A DNA stretch of 64,000 nucleotides from a virus, in the IMG/VR virus record IMGVR_UViG_3300037307_000191, positions 1 to 64,000 of that record, one strand, 5' to 3'. A program made the translations under genes and the position numbers. Within the stretch, counting starts at the first letter, position 1, and each line of letters starts with the position of its first letter. The notes under the pieces are model-generated. The model saw nothing but the letters and a program-made list of their open reading frames with translations. It was not told where the DNA came from and did not search any database. Below, piece by piece: positions 29,706 through 39,506 of the stretch.

Positions 29706-31922
29706 TTATGGTGTATAGGCGATGAATGGTATATCTACAGGATAGATGTGGTGACCGTTATCAGCAAACCCCATCAAGTTTGTATTTACGAGATTCTCTC
29801 TGCTCACCCAACGGGCATCGGATTGAGCTGTTGTGATGGATTGGCAGAGTAGATGTCCAGTTGCCATCAAGCTCCAAGTCGGATATGTGAAGGCATAATT
29901 GAATCCGCAGTTCTGTTCAAATGAGGAATGATCATAGGCAATCAGGACAACACAAGCGTCGTCATTGAACCAACTTCTAATCTCTCCCATTGCAATTAGT
30001 GAAGTCTGAGAGATGCAGTTTTGCTTCCAAGGTAGGAATAGATAGAATCGATGAGCGTCTCCGATTGCTTTCCACGGTGAACGATTAGGATCCTTATTGA
30101 TAGTGTTCTTACCTTGTTTCAAAAAGTATAACTCTTCACTCGGACTAGATTCATCTAAGTTTGAAAGGCTCAACACGGATGTCGCTGTTTGAGTGTCATC
30201 AACAATCATCTGTTTAGCTGCTGCAGTTATAGAAGTCCCTCTGTAAGTAGCCTTATCAGTTGAAGTGATTCTTTGCCAACCTGATCCACCGCCGATAGCA
30301 CACTGCTTGATAATTGCATCCTGATTGAACGACTGTTGTGCTGATACACTCTCTGCAGTGATTGTAAACTGATCACTCGTCACTCCACTGACTCTCCAAG
30401 TGTGACTTTGAACTGAATTACACCACTGGCTGACCAGCACCAAATCACCAGGTCTAAATGGATGATTGAAATCTAGTAACAACGTCAGTGTACTTGCACT
30501 AGTGATCTTCATATCCAATGCAATGTGATCAGTTCCGCCGACATTGATAACTCCTGTTAGACGAGCAGCAGTATCTGGGATCAGAACAACTACACTCTGT
30601 GCCGTTGATTGCACTCTCCAGCATCCACTGAACACTGCTTGCTTGTTAGCATTGAATGTGACCGCGGTTCCAGATGATGGGAGCCCTCCTGATGGAGTCC
30701 ACAATCCTGACGTCGTAGTGACTTGCATAGCTAATCCGCCACTCAGTGTAGAGTTATAGATCTTACAGTGACGATTGCCTAAGATGAGACAGGTGTCAAG
30801 AATCGACAGTAGATTCCCTGGTAGTTTCTGCACTGCAGGAGTTCCATAGACGATAGAGTGTGCGGGCCTCGAGCATATAGCAGAACGATATGTTGTTGTA
30901 AGAGCTAACTGGCTAGCACTCAGCCAAGCATTCGTCGGAAACGGCTTATTGAAGAAGACAGCAACATTTGAGAAGGTCGTTTTGTTCAATAAAGCCATTC
31001 TTGAGTACACTGGATGAATGCTCAGTGCAAAGAAAGCGAGCCCACTGAAGTTGGTTGTCGATGAAACAGCATCCGCACCATCGATAGAAAGACTGAACAG
31101 ACAACTCTGCGTCGAGATCTGTTCTATCCCTATAGTAAAACGATGTGCCCCCGCTGTAAAGGGTTGAGCCGGATCACTCTGTGCATCAACAGTTACTAGT
31201 GTACGTTTCCAGAGAACTAGTTCTTTCATTTCTGATCCGTCTTGATATAGTAAGACGATCTTGAGATGCAGTGAAGGTCCGATATAACTTCCATCACAGT
31301 TGAAGTGCACTCCAGACTCAGCAACGAGACAAAGCGGCCCCATGATAAGCAGAGTCTCAAACATACGATGCGTCGTTGGCTTCTCACAGATATTGACTGA
31401 CGTTCTCTCACCTGAATATCCACTAGTGAAGTCCCACTCATCGGATGTGTAGATGTGATTGATAGATGCGCGACTTCCGTTCTGAGCATAGAGTGTTGGG
31501 AGCATCGGCTTAAGAGCAGCTTCATGGACTTCTGTAGTTGGATCCAACAAGATATCAATCCACATCGAAGTTATACTCAAGTCGTTTTGAACTCTCTCCC
31601 CAGAGCGATAGATGTAGATGTCACTCTTGAATTGAGGAATCGTAAACTTGAGTGCCGTTGAAGGAATCGCCCAGTCAATGGAATCAACCTTTAGCGTTCT
31701 ATTCGCATCGATAGGCTGAATGCCTGCAATGGCGGGCTCGCCTAAGTAGTTGACTTGTTTCTGATTTTCAGCAGCTTGCACATACGTACCGTTCTGCGGC
31801 TCTGCAAACAAATGATTACTCTTTCCACTGAGATCACAATAGATGTTGTGACCTTCAGGTTCATTGAGTCTGCAGTAAGCCCAAGGAGATTGAGATAGTA
31901 TGTAGTCTGAGAAGCATAGCAT
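29706..31922 (-). CDS. Tail structural protein (LamG-like N-terminus, shared tail module)
   Basis: 738 aa; SDYIL...PWAY..LNE start; LDTCL..G, GW, VDDT, W..IGD..RFY; paralog of 31935-33908. Confidence 0.65.
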   Translation of the reverse strand: MLCFSDYILSQSPWAYCRLNEPEGHNIYCDLSGKSNHLFAEPQNGTYVQAAENQKQVNYLGEPAIAGIQPIDANRTLKVDSIDWAIPSTALKFTIPQFKSDIYIYRSGERVQNDLSITSMWIDILLDPTTEVHEAALKPMLPTLYAQNGSRASINHIYTSDEWDFTSGYSGERTSVNICEKPTTHRMFETLLIMGPLCLVAESGVHFNCDGSYIGPSLHLKIVLLYQDGSEMKELVLWKRTLVTVDAQSDPAQPFTAGAHRFTIGIEQISTQSCLFSLSIDGADAVSSTTNFSGLAFFALSIHPVYSRMALLNKTTFSNVAVFFNKPFPTNAWLSASQLALTTTYRSAICSRPAHSIVYGTPAVQKLPGNLLSILDTCLILGNRHCKIYNSTLSGGLAMQVTTTSGLWTPSGGLPSSGTAVTFNANKQAVFSGCWRVQSTAQSVVVLIPDTAARLTGVINVGGTDHIALDMKITSASTLTLLLDFNHPFRPGDLVLVSQWCNSVQSHTWRVSGVTSDQFTITAESVSAQQSFNQDAIIKQCAIGGGSGWQRITSTDKATYRGTSITAAAKQMIVDDTQTATSVLSLSNLDESSPSEELYFLKQGKNTINKDPNRSPWKAIGDAHRFYLFLPWKQNCISQTSLIAMGEIRSWFNDDACVVLIAYDHSSFEQNCGFNYAFTYPTWSLMATGHLLCQSITTAQSDARWVSRENLVNTNLMGFADNGHHIYPVDIPFIAYTP

Positions 31923-31934
31923 ATTCAGAATCCC

Positions 31935-33908
31935 TTATATCGTAACTCGTGGAATGGGGATAGGATACATGCGTTGCCCGCTATCAGCTTTTGCTTTGAT
32001 GTATTCGTAACTGCCTCCTGAGTTTGAACGAACCCAGCGTGAATCAGAATGTGTTCCAGGAAGTTCGGTTTGACAGAGTAAGTGTCCAGATGCAAGGATT
32101 AACCAATCAGAGTAAGCGAATACTCCATTGAATCCAGGATTGCCGATATTTAGATCAACAAAACCAAGCAACATCGTTCTCCAAACATCATCAGCCCAGT
32201 CGCGTATGTCACCAAACACAATAAGTTGTGAATGAGTCTTCGGATTCTGTTTGTATCCGATTGCAATGTAGAAGCGCTTGTCATCACCGATGATAGTCCA
32301 CTCTGGTCTACTTTGACGAGTATCTGGTTGATAGTGAGTAGATGGTCGTTTCAGATTTCTTCTCAAGTACAGAACATTAGATTGAGCTGATGTTGATGGA
32401 TCAAAAATACGCAATGCAGATCCGCTCTTACTCGTGTCGTCGACCTGCATGGCCATCCCTAACTGTGATGTTGCACTCCTGTAGTAGATTTGCCCGCCGT
32501 TATGAGTCTTAACCCAAGCGCCTCCGCCTATCGGGGGTCGTTTGACGAGCATCACTCCTGTCTCATCATTGAAAGTTCCTGGCAGTGAGAATGAAACTGA
32601 TGACTTATCAATAGATTCAACTCTCCAGACAGCATTGAGGTTTTGAGAGCTGCCTTGGAGAGAGATCAAGTCACCGATTGAGAAGTCATGGAGTGGCAAC
32701 TCTGTCGTAGGAGAGGAGTTGTGTGGCAGCATCAAACGAATGACACTCTGCCCACTATCATTAGTGGCTGTCAAGTTGAAGATAACTCGTTGGCTCATTC
32801 CTCTGCATAGCATAGTGTCAAGCTGTGCAAGCATACTGTTAGGATAGACGTCTGCAATGCGAGATGTGTTGACATTGTCAGATAACTGAGCTGTGTTACT
32901 ATCTGATCCTGGCTGGAAAGTTGTGAGAGCTTGCCATGATCTAGGTATGTAGTCATAAGTCAACGGATGCGTGTTGTTGTAGTACACGGATAGGTTGCTG
33001 ATAGCTGGGCCGCCGTAAATGGTGACATCGGGCCAGTTGCTTGGATAAGTAAACGTGTCAGAACACGTCCACCCCCTGAAATCCATGTATGTTGTAGGTA
33101 GAGAAACTACTTGATTAGAGACAGAGTAGCTCTTTGTTCCATCATCGAAGATTGCAGAGAAGATGATTGTTTTCGAATCAATAAAGTTGAAGTCAATGAT
33201 AACTCTTCGATCCTTGATCAGCATCCCTGTTCCAGTAGCGTCATAGAGAGGGCCTGCTTGAGAAATTCGACCTGTTTGAACTGTCTGCCCCTCAAAACTA
33301 ATGAGATATGGGAGCCAATGAATTGGGCGGCTGGAGTATCCTGAACTCGCATAGTTGTTGTTAATGCTACAGTAAGAATGGATGTTAGCGCAGAGAATCA
33401 AATTAGATGCTCCAGCCACACAACCGCAGTTGTCGCAAGGTCTAAACCAGATAGTGTACATCCATAACGACACCCCACCAATCATGATGATAGGATACAT
33501 CATAGGAGAGCAACCGTATGATGCTTCGGGTGGAGGAGACATTAAGAACTCTGCTCGTACTCGATACATCCACTCGGTATGAGAGACATAAGGATACTCA
33601 GGATAAACATCATTGCTGTGATAGCCAGATGCTAACCAGATCTTTGACGCATCCTCAGAGCAATGCGACATACTACTAGATGAGTTTGACGTCCCCGCTC
33701 GGATACCTCGAATAGGAACAGAATCAGAAAACGGCAAACTGACTGCATGTTGTTCACCTGTTATGTTGTGACTCATCGACAGATGTCTTTCATTCCCAGT
33801 AACATCCATCAGCAAGTGAGTCTCATTGTAGACTCCTAGATCTGGATCGTTTAGTGGCCAATAAGCCCAGGGGCGGTTGGCTAAGATGAAGTCACTATAT
33901 GAGATCAC
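31935..33908 (-). CDS. Tail structural protein, paralog of 29706-31922
   Basis: 657 aa; same start and C-terminal motifs (GHLLCQ..DSRWV). Confidence 0.65.
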   Translation of the reverse strand: MISYSDFILANRPWAYWPLNDPDLGVYNETHLLMDVTGNERHLSMSHNITGEQHAVSLPFSDSVPIRGIRAGTSNSSSSMSHCSEDASKIWLASGYHSNDVYPEYPYVSHTEWMYRVRAEFLMSPPPEASYGCSPMMYPIIMIGGVSLWMYTIWFRPCDNCGCVAGASNLILCANIHSYCSINNNYASSGYSSRPIHWLPYLISFEGQTVQTGRISQAGPLYDATGTGMLIKDRRVIIDFNFIDSKTIIFSAIFDDGTKSYSVSNQVVSLPTTYMDFRGWTCSDTFTYPSNWPDVTIYGGPAISNLSVYYNNTHPLTYDYIPRSWQALTTFQPGSDSNTAQLSDNVNTSRIADVYPNSMLAQLDTMLCRGMSQRVIFNLTATNDSGQSVIRLMLPHNSSPTTELPLHDFSIGDLISLQGSSQNLNAVWRVESIDKSSVSFSLPGTFNDETGVMLVKRPPIGGGAWVKTHNGGQIYYRSATSQLGMAMQVDDTSKSGSALRIFDPSTSAQSNVLYLRRNLKRPSTHYQPDTRQSRPEWTIIGDDKRFYIAIGYKQNPKTHSQLIVFGDIRDWADDVWRTMLLGFVDLNIGNPGFNGVFAYSDWLILASGHLLCQTELPGTHSDSRWVRSNSGGSYEYIKAKADSGQRMYPIPIPRVTI

Positions 33909-33919
33909 ATCTTATTCCT

Positions 33920-35725
33920 TTAGATGTTAATAGGCAGGTCATCAAACTCACTCGGTGTCACTGGACCATAAGCTCTATAGCGAACGCTCAGGTCATTAGG
34001 ATCAAACACTAAGATGTCAATGTGAGAGTTATTGTAGAAGGTCACTTCGTACTCTCCAGTGTTAGCATCACTCTCTGTTTCCTGAATGAACTCCCCAGTG
34101 TAGCTTGAATAGAATCGAAGCTTGGCTTGATAAGGAACTCCCATCAGTGTAACAACGCCGCGGATTCGATAAGTAACTGAGTAGGTAGAGCGACTTCTGA
34201 TCTGATGTGGTTGCAAATCAAATGCGTAGTAAGCTAAGAAGCATAGGCTGCCGTTGACACTCAAGTGTCCAGGCATGTAATTCATCATTGAGATCTGTCC
34301 GGGCTGAGTGATAGATTTAACAGCTAATGTCTTCTGATCATGCAGTACGCCGTCCAAGTAGAGTGAAACGATTCCCGTTCCTGATTGACGAGTGATTGCT
34401 ATATGATGCCAGTGACCATCATTGAATAGAAAGCGATTGCCGGCATCATTCAAGAATCGTGAATTGAGAACGAGGTCGTTATCAGCTTCAGTGAATTGCA
34501 AGCATCCAACAAAGAACTGGTTATCTCTCATATTGATCTGGACCAGTGGACCATTGAACGGGTACTCAAACGTCATAAAGGTGAACATCACACCTCTGTT
34601 TGTTTCGGAGGTGTTAAACCACCACTCGTAAGTGTATGCACTGGCAGATCTTGCTTGATAGGAATCATACTGGCCTTTCGAGATAAAGACAGCTTGCCCT
34701 CCATCTACAAACGTTGCGGCTGATGCTCCTTGAATCCCATCCGGCCCCGGAGCTCCTCTGATGATTCTGCTACGACCTCCGATGTACTGACCTGAAAATG
34801 ACCCATAATACGGAGCTATTGTGAAATCAATCAAACTGTCAGCATCATCAAAGGGCCAGATGTTAGTGGCAAAGTCATTCTTGAGGTACTCATCGTACGC
34901 GTACGCTTTGGCGACGTGATTAGTGATCTGATCTTCTGATAGCGCCTTGTCATAGACAGCGATTTGATCTAACTGCAGTGCGCTAGTCCAGTAGCCGCTG
35001 CTCGTCCCAGCGATGGTGATAGGCGTGGCTACATTGGTGTTGGGGAAGATGTCAGTATAACTGTAGATCTGTTCAGTGATTATACGGGAGTTGACGTATG
35101 TTCGAGCTGTGCCTCTGTAGTTGTTAGCAGTAATCTGCTCTACCTTCCACGTGAAAGCGAAGTGCATCTTTCGATTTGTAACAGCACTTCCTCCAGGCAT
35201 AGAGTTGTAACTACCCGAAGTCCCAACAGTAGCTGATCCACCTGGATGAGTTACACCTAGATATGATGCTGAGTAGCTTGAGACGTAATTGATACCAATC
35301 ACGCCTGATTTGATAAAGATCGGATAAGTTCCATAGCTACCAGGCTGAGTAAACTGAATCATAAACTCAACCGTGAAGCTGCCTAGACGAGGGAAGGCAT
35401 AACTGATGGTGTGCGGAATCTCAAGATATGATTTGGCGTAGCCACTCGGATGAGCTGGATTGTATCCGTAGTAGCCGAAGGTGATACTGTGTTGATCCTC
35501 TTGCTCATGAGTGATCATACTACCCATTCCGAGGCGATATCCGAGATACAATTCGTTATCTGAATGTAGTGTTGCGGGATTGAGGTTGTCAATCTCATCA
35601 ATGATGACTCGCGGATCACCTGTCGGCACCATCAACTTTCGAGTTACAGGATCAAACGCGTCCCCATCAAAAGTCCAAAAGCTAACTGCATCGTCATCAA
35701 TTACGGTGGTTTTATAACCGGCCAT
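33920..35725 (-). CDS. Double-LamG virion protein
   Basis: Start MAGYKT after an AGGAGAG RBS and late promoter; FTVEF, DQIAVY, YEWWF, DGHWHHIAITR, LYLDG. Confidence 0.75.
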   Translation of the reverse strand: MAGYKTTVIDDDAVSFWTFDGDAFDPVTRKLMVPTGDPRVIIDEIDNLNPATLHSDNELYLGYRLGMGSMITHEQEDQHSITFGYYGYNPAHPSGYAKSYLEIPHTISYAFPRLGSFTVEFMIQFTQPGSYGTYPIFIKSGVIGINYVSSYSASYLGVTHPGGSATVGTSGSYNSMPGGSAVTNRKMHFAFTWKVEQITANNYRGTARTYVNSRIITEQIYSYTDIFPNTNVATPITIAGTSSGYWTSALQLDQIAVYDKALSEDQITNHVAKAYAYDEYLKNDFATNIWPFDDADSLIDFTIAPYYGSFSGQYIGGRSRIIRGAPGPDGIQGASAATFVDGGQAVFISKGQYDSYQARSASAYTYEWWFNTSETNRGVMFTFMTFEYPFNGPLVQINMRDNQFFVGCLQFTEADNDLVLNSRFLNDAGNRFLFNDGHWHHIAITRQSGTGIVSLYLDGVLHDQKTLAVKSITQPGQISMMNYMPGHLSVNGSLCFLAYYAFDLQPHQIRSRSTYSVTYRIRGVVTLMGVPYQAKLRFYSSYTGEFIQETESDANTGEYEVTFYNNSHIDILVFDPNDLSVRYRAYGPVTPSEFDDLPINI

Positions 35726-35759
35726 TATCTCTCTCCTATCATACGTTTGGATGTAACCG

Positions 35760-35767
35760 TATTTATA
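35760..35767 (-). promoter_or_regulatory. T4-type late promoter TATAAATA
   Basis: Exact consensus heading the LamG/tail operon. Confidence 0.75.
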
Positions 35768-35770
35768 CGG

Positions 35771-35799
35771 TTGACAGCGCACTCCCTTTACGCTATAAT
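35771..35799 (+). promoter_or_regulatory. Sigma70-type early promoter
   Basis: TTGACA-N17-TATAAT, perfect consensus. Confidence 0.85.
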
Positions 35800-35825
35800 A
35801 GGTTAAGTAACATGAGGAGTGTTCT

Positions 35826-36023
35826 ATGACTGAGTGTGAGTGTGGCAATCTCATCCATCCAGAACGAGTCAAACTGGGTTACGATGTATGCTTGGAGTGT
35901 GGAGAGAAACGAGCCATAGAAGATAGATCGCACTGGACAGTCGTTCCAATGCACAAGAGCAACTACGTTCTGGTAACTGACGCATCCTTATTGAAAGGTC
36001 TCAATAAGAGTATGCAATCTTGA
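35826..36023 (+). CDS. Small C4 zinc-finger protein (DksA/TraR-like finger)
   Basis: GAGGAG RBS; CECG..I..ER..LG...CLECG; own promoter and terminator. Confidence 0.7.
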   Translation: MTECECGNLIHPERVKLGYDVCLECGEKRAIEDRSHWTVVPMHKSNYVLVTDASLLKGLNKSMQS

Positions 36024-36033
36024 TTACACAGTA

Positions 36034-36058
36034 AAAAGCCCGCAATTTGCGGGCTTTT
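36034..36058. terminator. Bidirectional intrinsic terminator
   Basis: AAAAGCCCGCAATTTGCGGGCTTTT between convergent genes. Confidence 0.85.
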
Positions 36059-36077
36059 CTATGACTGAAGATAACTA

Positions 36078-36788
36078 TCAGCCACCTAGGTTGATGATTT
36101 CAGCTTTGACATCATCGATAGCGGTTCCAGAGTACTGAGATCCGATAACAACGAAAGCAGCATCTTCGAGTGCTTCAAGCAATCTTAGAGTCTGCAATGA
36201 GTTGTCGAATGCAATGAGCAGTGTTCTGAAATCAGAAGCAGATGGAGCTGATGCAACGATAGTGACTGTAGGAGTAGATAGATACCATCCACCGTTGACG
36301 ATAGTGACAGAGTCAATCGCGCCAGTATCCAGAACGACTGCAAGTTCACCGCCGGTGCCGTCACCGCCTGTGATAACTGCGGTTGCTCCGATGTAGTTAG
36401 ATCCACCGTTGACGATAGTGTATGAGCCGATAGCTTTCTCAACCAAGAAGCTGATCTTGCATCCAGTACCGCCAGTCGGTGCCACAGTAGTTGCGACGCC
36501 TGTTCCGTTAGCTGAAACGCCGACTCCAGCCGTAGTGAGTGTAACACCAGTTACACCGCCTGTACCATCCACAGCAGTGACGGTCAGTGTTGGATCAGTA
36601 GATCCGACATCCATAGTCAGGACATCATTGACAGCATATCCAGATCCAGCTGTGTGAATGACAATAGACGAAGCTCTAACTCGTCCCGTGGCTTCGAGTC
36701 CCACAGTTACTTCACCGCCTGATCCAGAGCCCCCTCTGCAGAGCTCATCAATCTTAGCGACGTATTGATTTAGGGTTGTAGTTTCCAT
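36078..36788 (-). CDS. Gly/Thr-rich virion structural protein
   Basis: 236 aa with (A/N)G.GY beta-repeat motifs like those in gp7/gp8. Confidence 0.6.
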   Translation of the reverse strand: METTTLNQYVAKIDELCRGGSGSGGEVTVGLEATGRVRASSIVIHTAGSGYAVNDVLTMDVGSTDPTLTVTAVDGTGGVTGVTLTTAGVGVSANGTGVATTVAPTGGTGCKISFLVEKAIGSYTIVNGGSNYIGATAVITGGDGTGGELAVVLDTGAIDSVTIVNGGWYLSTPTVTIVASAPSASDFRTLLIAFDNSLQTLRLLEALEDAAFVVIGSQYSGTAIDDVKAEIINLGG

Positions 36789-36805
36789 GTTATTGTTGTC
36801 TCCAA

Positions 36806-37234
36806 TTAGCAGGTTGCGCGTGTGATTCTGAGCTGTCCGGCGAGAATCTTAGGCGCGCCGTCGCCATTGTTGACTGTCTTACTTGTCGTCAAGTAAGCTA
36901 CATAGTACAGGTTGCCTGCTGTCTGTGCATCAAAGAGGCCCGCTCCTTGAATCGTTCCCCAGTTAGCTGTAGGAACGTTGAACGTGAGATCGCTGATATT
37001 GCTGTACTCTCTGTTAGCACCACTTGGGCCTTGCCAGCCGTTAGTCGCTAAGATTTGAATACGCCCGTAGTTCGTTCCAGATGTGCTCACCTCAACACCA
37101 CCAGTCGCATCAAGTGCAGGAACAGTGGTGAAAAGCGCAACCCAAAGGCTCGAAGGAGCAGTCCAGGCTGTGTTCTTGAGTAGATAGTTCATCTGCGAAT
37201 CATGCAAATAGTTTGACGTGGTTGCTGATGGCAT
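36806..37234 (-). CDS. Phage tail fibre-associated small protein
   Basis: NYL......P..LWVALFT..P....GG.EVS...Y.R, WGTI...GLFDA.T.GN. Confidence 0.7.
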   Translation of the reverse strand: MPSATTSNYLHDSQMNYLLKNTAWTAPSSLWVALFTTVPALDATGGVEVSTSGTNYGRIQILATNGWQGPSGANREYSNISDLTFNVPTANWGTIQGAGLFDAQTAGNLYYVAYLTTSKTVNNGDGAPKILAGQLRITRATC

Positions 37235-37278
37235 TAGTTGTTCTCCTTAAAAATTACAGTAATGTAAGTGTTCTTTCA

Positions 37279-37286
37279 TATTTATA
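37279..37286 (-). promoter_or_regulatory. T4-type late promoter TATAAATA
   Basis: Exact consensus upstream of 37234. Confidence 0.7.
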
Positions 37287-37303
37287 ATCTACAGCATTGG
37301 CTG

Positions 37304-37867
37304 TTACATATCATCCTTGAGAAGCTTTGAGAATTGTATATCATCTAGTTGGAACAGAGCTTTCACTCCCTTTTGTTTTTCCAACTCTTCAAGAGCCACA
37401 GGAGATAGATTCGTTCGTATCTGACCATTCAAGTACACCAATGGAAAGCACCAGTTGTTGTCAATAGTCTCACCGGGGTCAAGCAAATTCATTGTGTTGT
37501 ATGCCTTCTCGTACTTGAGAGCTGGAATCTTTCCCATTCCGGATTGATTGTTGATGGCATACGCGATTTGGTGATGAAGTAGGATCCCCTTCCAAACAAA
37601 GATCAGAAACTCCTGACTGGAATTGAATATCAGGCCACGCCAATACCCCATGTTGTTGCCTAGAACAGTCTTAGCTTCTTCAGTGTCGAAAGACTTCAAG
37701 TATCTCAAGAGATTGAATGATCTCTTAGGCAACGCCTCAAAGAACGAAAGGGCTCCTGTTTTAGCTGTCACTCCTTTGCGACCTGTTGCTTTCAAAACAT
37801 CTAAAGAGATCTGAGTTGCTTTGGGGCTGTTGAAGTCTTCTTGAATGAATTGATCGAATGTTTTCAT
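37304..37867 (-). CDS. Putative capsid-internal protein (CTS MKTFDQFIQE)
   Basis: N-terminus resembles the T4 internal-protein capsid-targeting sequence (MKTYQEFIAE); AAGGA RBS. Confidence 0.65.
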   Translation of the reverse strand: MKTFDQFIQEDFNSPKATQISLDVLKATGRKGVTAKTGALSFFEALPKRSFNLLRYLKSFDTEEAKTVLGNNMGYWRGLIFNSSQEFLIFVWKGILLHHQIAYAINNQSGMGKIPALKYEKAYNTMNLLDPGETIDNNWCFPLVYLNGQIRTNLSPVALEELEKQKGVKALFQLDDIQFSKLLKDDM

Positions 37868-37877
37868 TTGGTAATCC

Positions 37878-38354
37878 TTATCGATATGCTGCTCTGAGTT
37901 CTTGTCTGAGCATAGCATCAACGCTATCTGGAATGAAGAGAGGATTGTGCAGATAGGTACAATTCTGTTTCAATCTCTCAAAGGCTAGTTGCGGATCTTC
38001 GTAGTACAGTGATGAGTAGTCGAATGGTGGGTTGTTTAAGATCACACTGTAAGGCTCTCTACTCGCCCCCATATAGATCTTGCCTCTCTTCACTCTTCCT
38101 ATTCCCTTATACGTCGATTTCGGATCCAATTTCAGATACTTCAAAACAGAGTCATGAATGAGTAGTGCGTTGAAGGCATACACCTTACCTGTTTTCGCAT
38201 CTACTAAGAATCTAACATCACCGTAACTGTCAGCATCAATCTCACCCAGATCCTTCGGTGTTGGATTGTCATAGACTTTGAACTCTTTCCCGAACCCTGG
38301 GTTCTTCAGATTCGTCAGCCAGTCTTCTCTAATGAACTCATCGAATGTTTTCAT
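37878..38354 (-). CDS. Putative capsid-internal protein (CTS MKTFDEFIRE)
   Basis: CTS-like start; YDNPT..DL..VRF....K.YAF.A..IHD. Confidence 0.65.
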   Translation of the reverse strand: MKTFDEFIREDWLTNLKNPGFGKEFKVYDNPTPKDLGEIDADSYGDVRFLVDAKTGKVYAFNALLIHDSVLKYLKLDPKSTYKGIGRVKRGKIYMGASREPYSVILNNPPFDYSSLYYEDPQLAFERLKQNCTYLHNPLFIPDSVDAMLRQELRAAYR

Positions 38355-38890
38355 AGCAAACTAAGTACATCAGCAGGTGTGAATCTCTTTGAGAAAGAGT
38401 AGATGTATCTATCTACAAATGAATAGTCCTTACACATCTGCTTTAACTCTTGTTCAAAAGTATCAGGAGTACCAAACCCCTTAGGCAGCACTCCTTTGGA
38501 GATCTTCAATCCAGCATTGGCGTAGGTGAAAGATGGTGAGAAGTTGATGTCGTTAGAAGGATCGGCAACATACATGAGCTCTCCAGCTTCAACATTACAC
38601 TCTCCAGTGAACACTGTTTTAGGAGCCTCATAGTCGACATCGGACGTGATCTTTCCTGCTGCCTTTAAGCGCTGTATCATCGCCAAGTGCAGAACAGCAT
38701 TAGCATCCCATACAAACAGCTTTTGAGTCTTAGGGATTGCAATGAATCTAAGCCTCTTGATGAATGCCTTAGATAGTGCGGCAAGGTCAGATGATGTTGG
38801 GTTCTCAAAGACAGGCGTTGATTCATTAGAGATAGATTTGACATCTAAGGCCCACTTCTCATCTAAAAACTGTTTGAATGATTTGATCAT
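38351..38890 (-). CDS. Putative capsid-internal protein (CTS MIKSFKQFLDE)
   Basis: CTS-like start; FENPT.SDL..LRFIAIP...KLFVWDA...LH. Confidence 0.65.
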   Translation of the reverse strand: MIKSFKQFLDEKWALDVKSISNESTPVFENPTSSDLAALSKAFIKRLRFIAIPKTQKLFVWDANAVLHLAMIQRLKAAGKITSDVDYEAPKTVFTGECNVEAGELMYVADPSNDINFSPSFTYANAGLKISKGVLPKGFGTPDTFEQELKQMCKDYSFVDRYIYSFSKRFTPADVLSLL

Positions 38891-39466
38891 TCTAGTGTCC
38901 TCATCCCTAGTGCGCGCATTAGTCGCACAAACGGATTGGACTGTAAAAATTCTGATAGATAGTTCCCCGTAAAGCGATATGACTTCTCTATTGCAGGCAG
39001 TGCAGCCTTGAATTCATCAGCTGTTTTGTATGGAGGCGGAATCCTGTTTGCAGGCAAGGGTCTCTTTGATCTTGCAGCATCAATCAAGGTATCAAGATCA
39101 ACATCAATCACTGAAGGATCGTAAGTGAGTTCACCATTAGCCAACTTGGCCAGCCCGCCTAACACAAGATCAACTCTGTTTATGTCAATCTTCGTTGGGA
39201 CTTTCTTGTTCTTTTGAAGCTGTAAGAGTGTCGGATCATGCAGAGCCTTTTCAGCACTCCAGATGAACACTTTCTTACTAGATGGGATTGCAAGGAATCG
39301 AACGCCTCCGACTACTAGATAGCCCGTCTTTGGCTAACTGCGTCAAATCAGAGGTGGTTGGGTTCTCGTAGATAGGAACTGTCTTCTTAGTGGCCGGCTG
39401 ACCGAATCCAGTAAGAGTGATGTCGACAGTCCATTTTTCATCTATAAACTCTTGGAATGTTTGCAT
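38887..39466 (-). CDS. Putative capsid-internal protein (CTS MQTFQEFIDE), +1 skip at CGG 39310-39308
   Basis: YENPTTSDL..LSSS [C] GGVRFLAIPSSKKVFIWSAEKALH becomes colinear with the adjacent paralog; ~192 aa. Confidence 0.7.
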
Positions 39467-39506
39467 TAGAAGTCCTGTAACGATTTGTTTTAAGTTATTT
39501 ATTAAA

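Noticed and set aside
1-35725. Diversity-generating retroelement or invertible fibre cassette
   Set aside because: No reverse transcriptase, invertase or near-identical TR/VR pair seen in the window.
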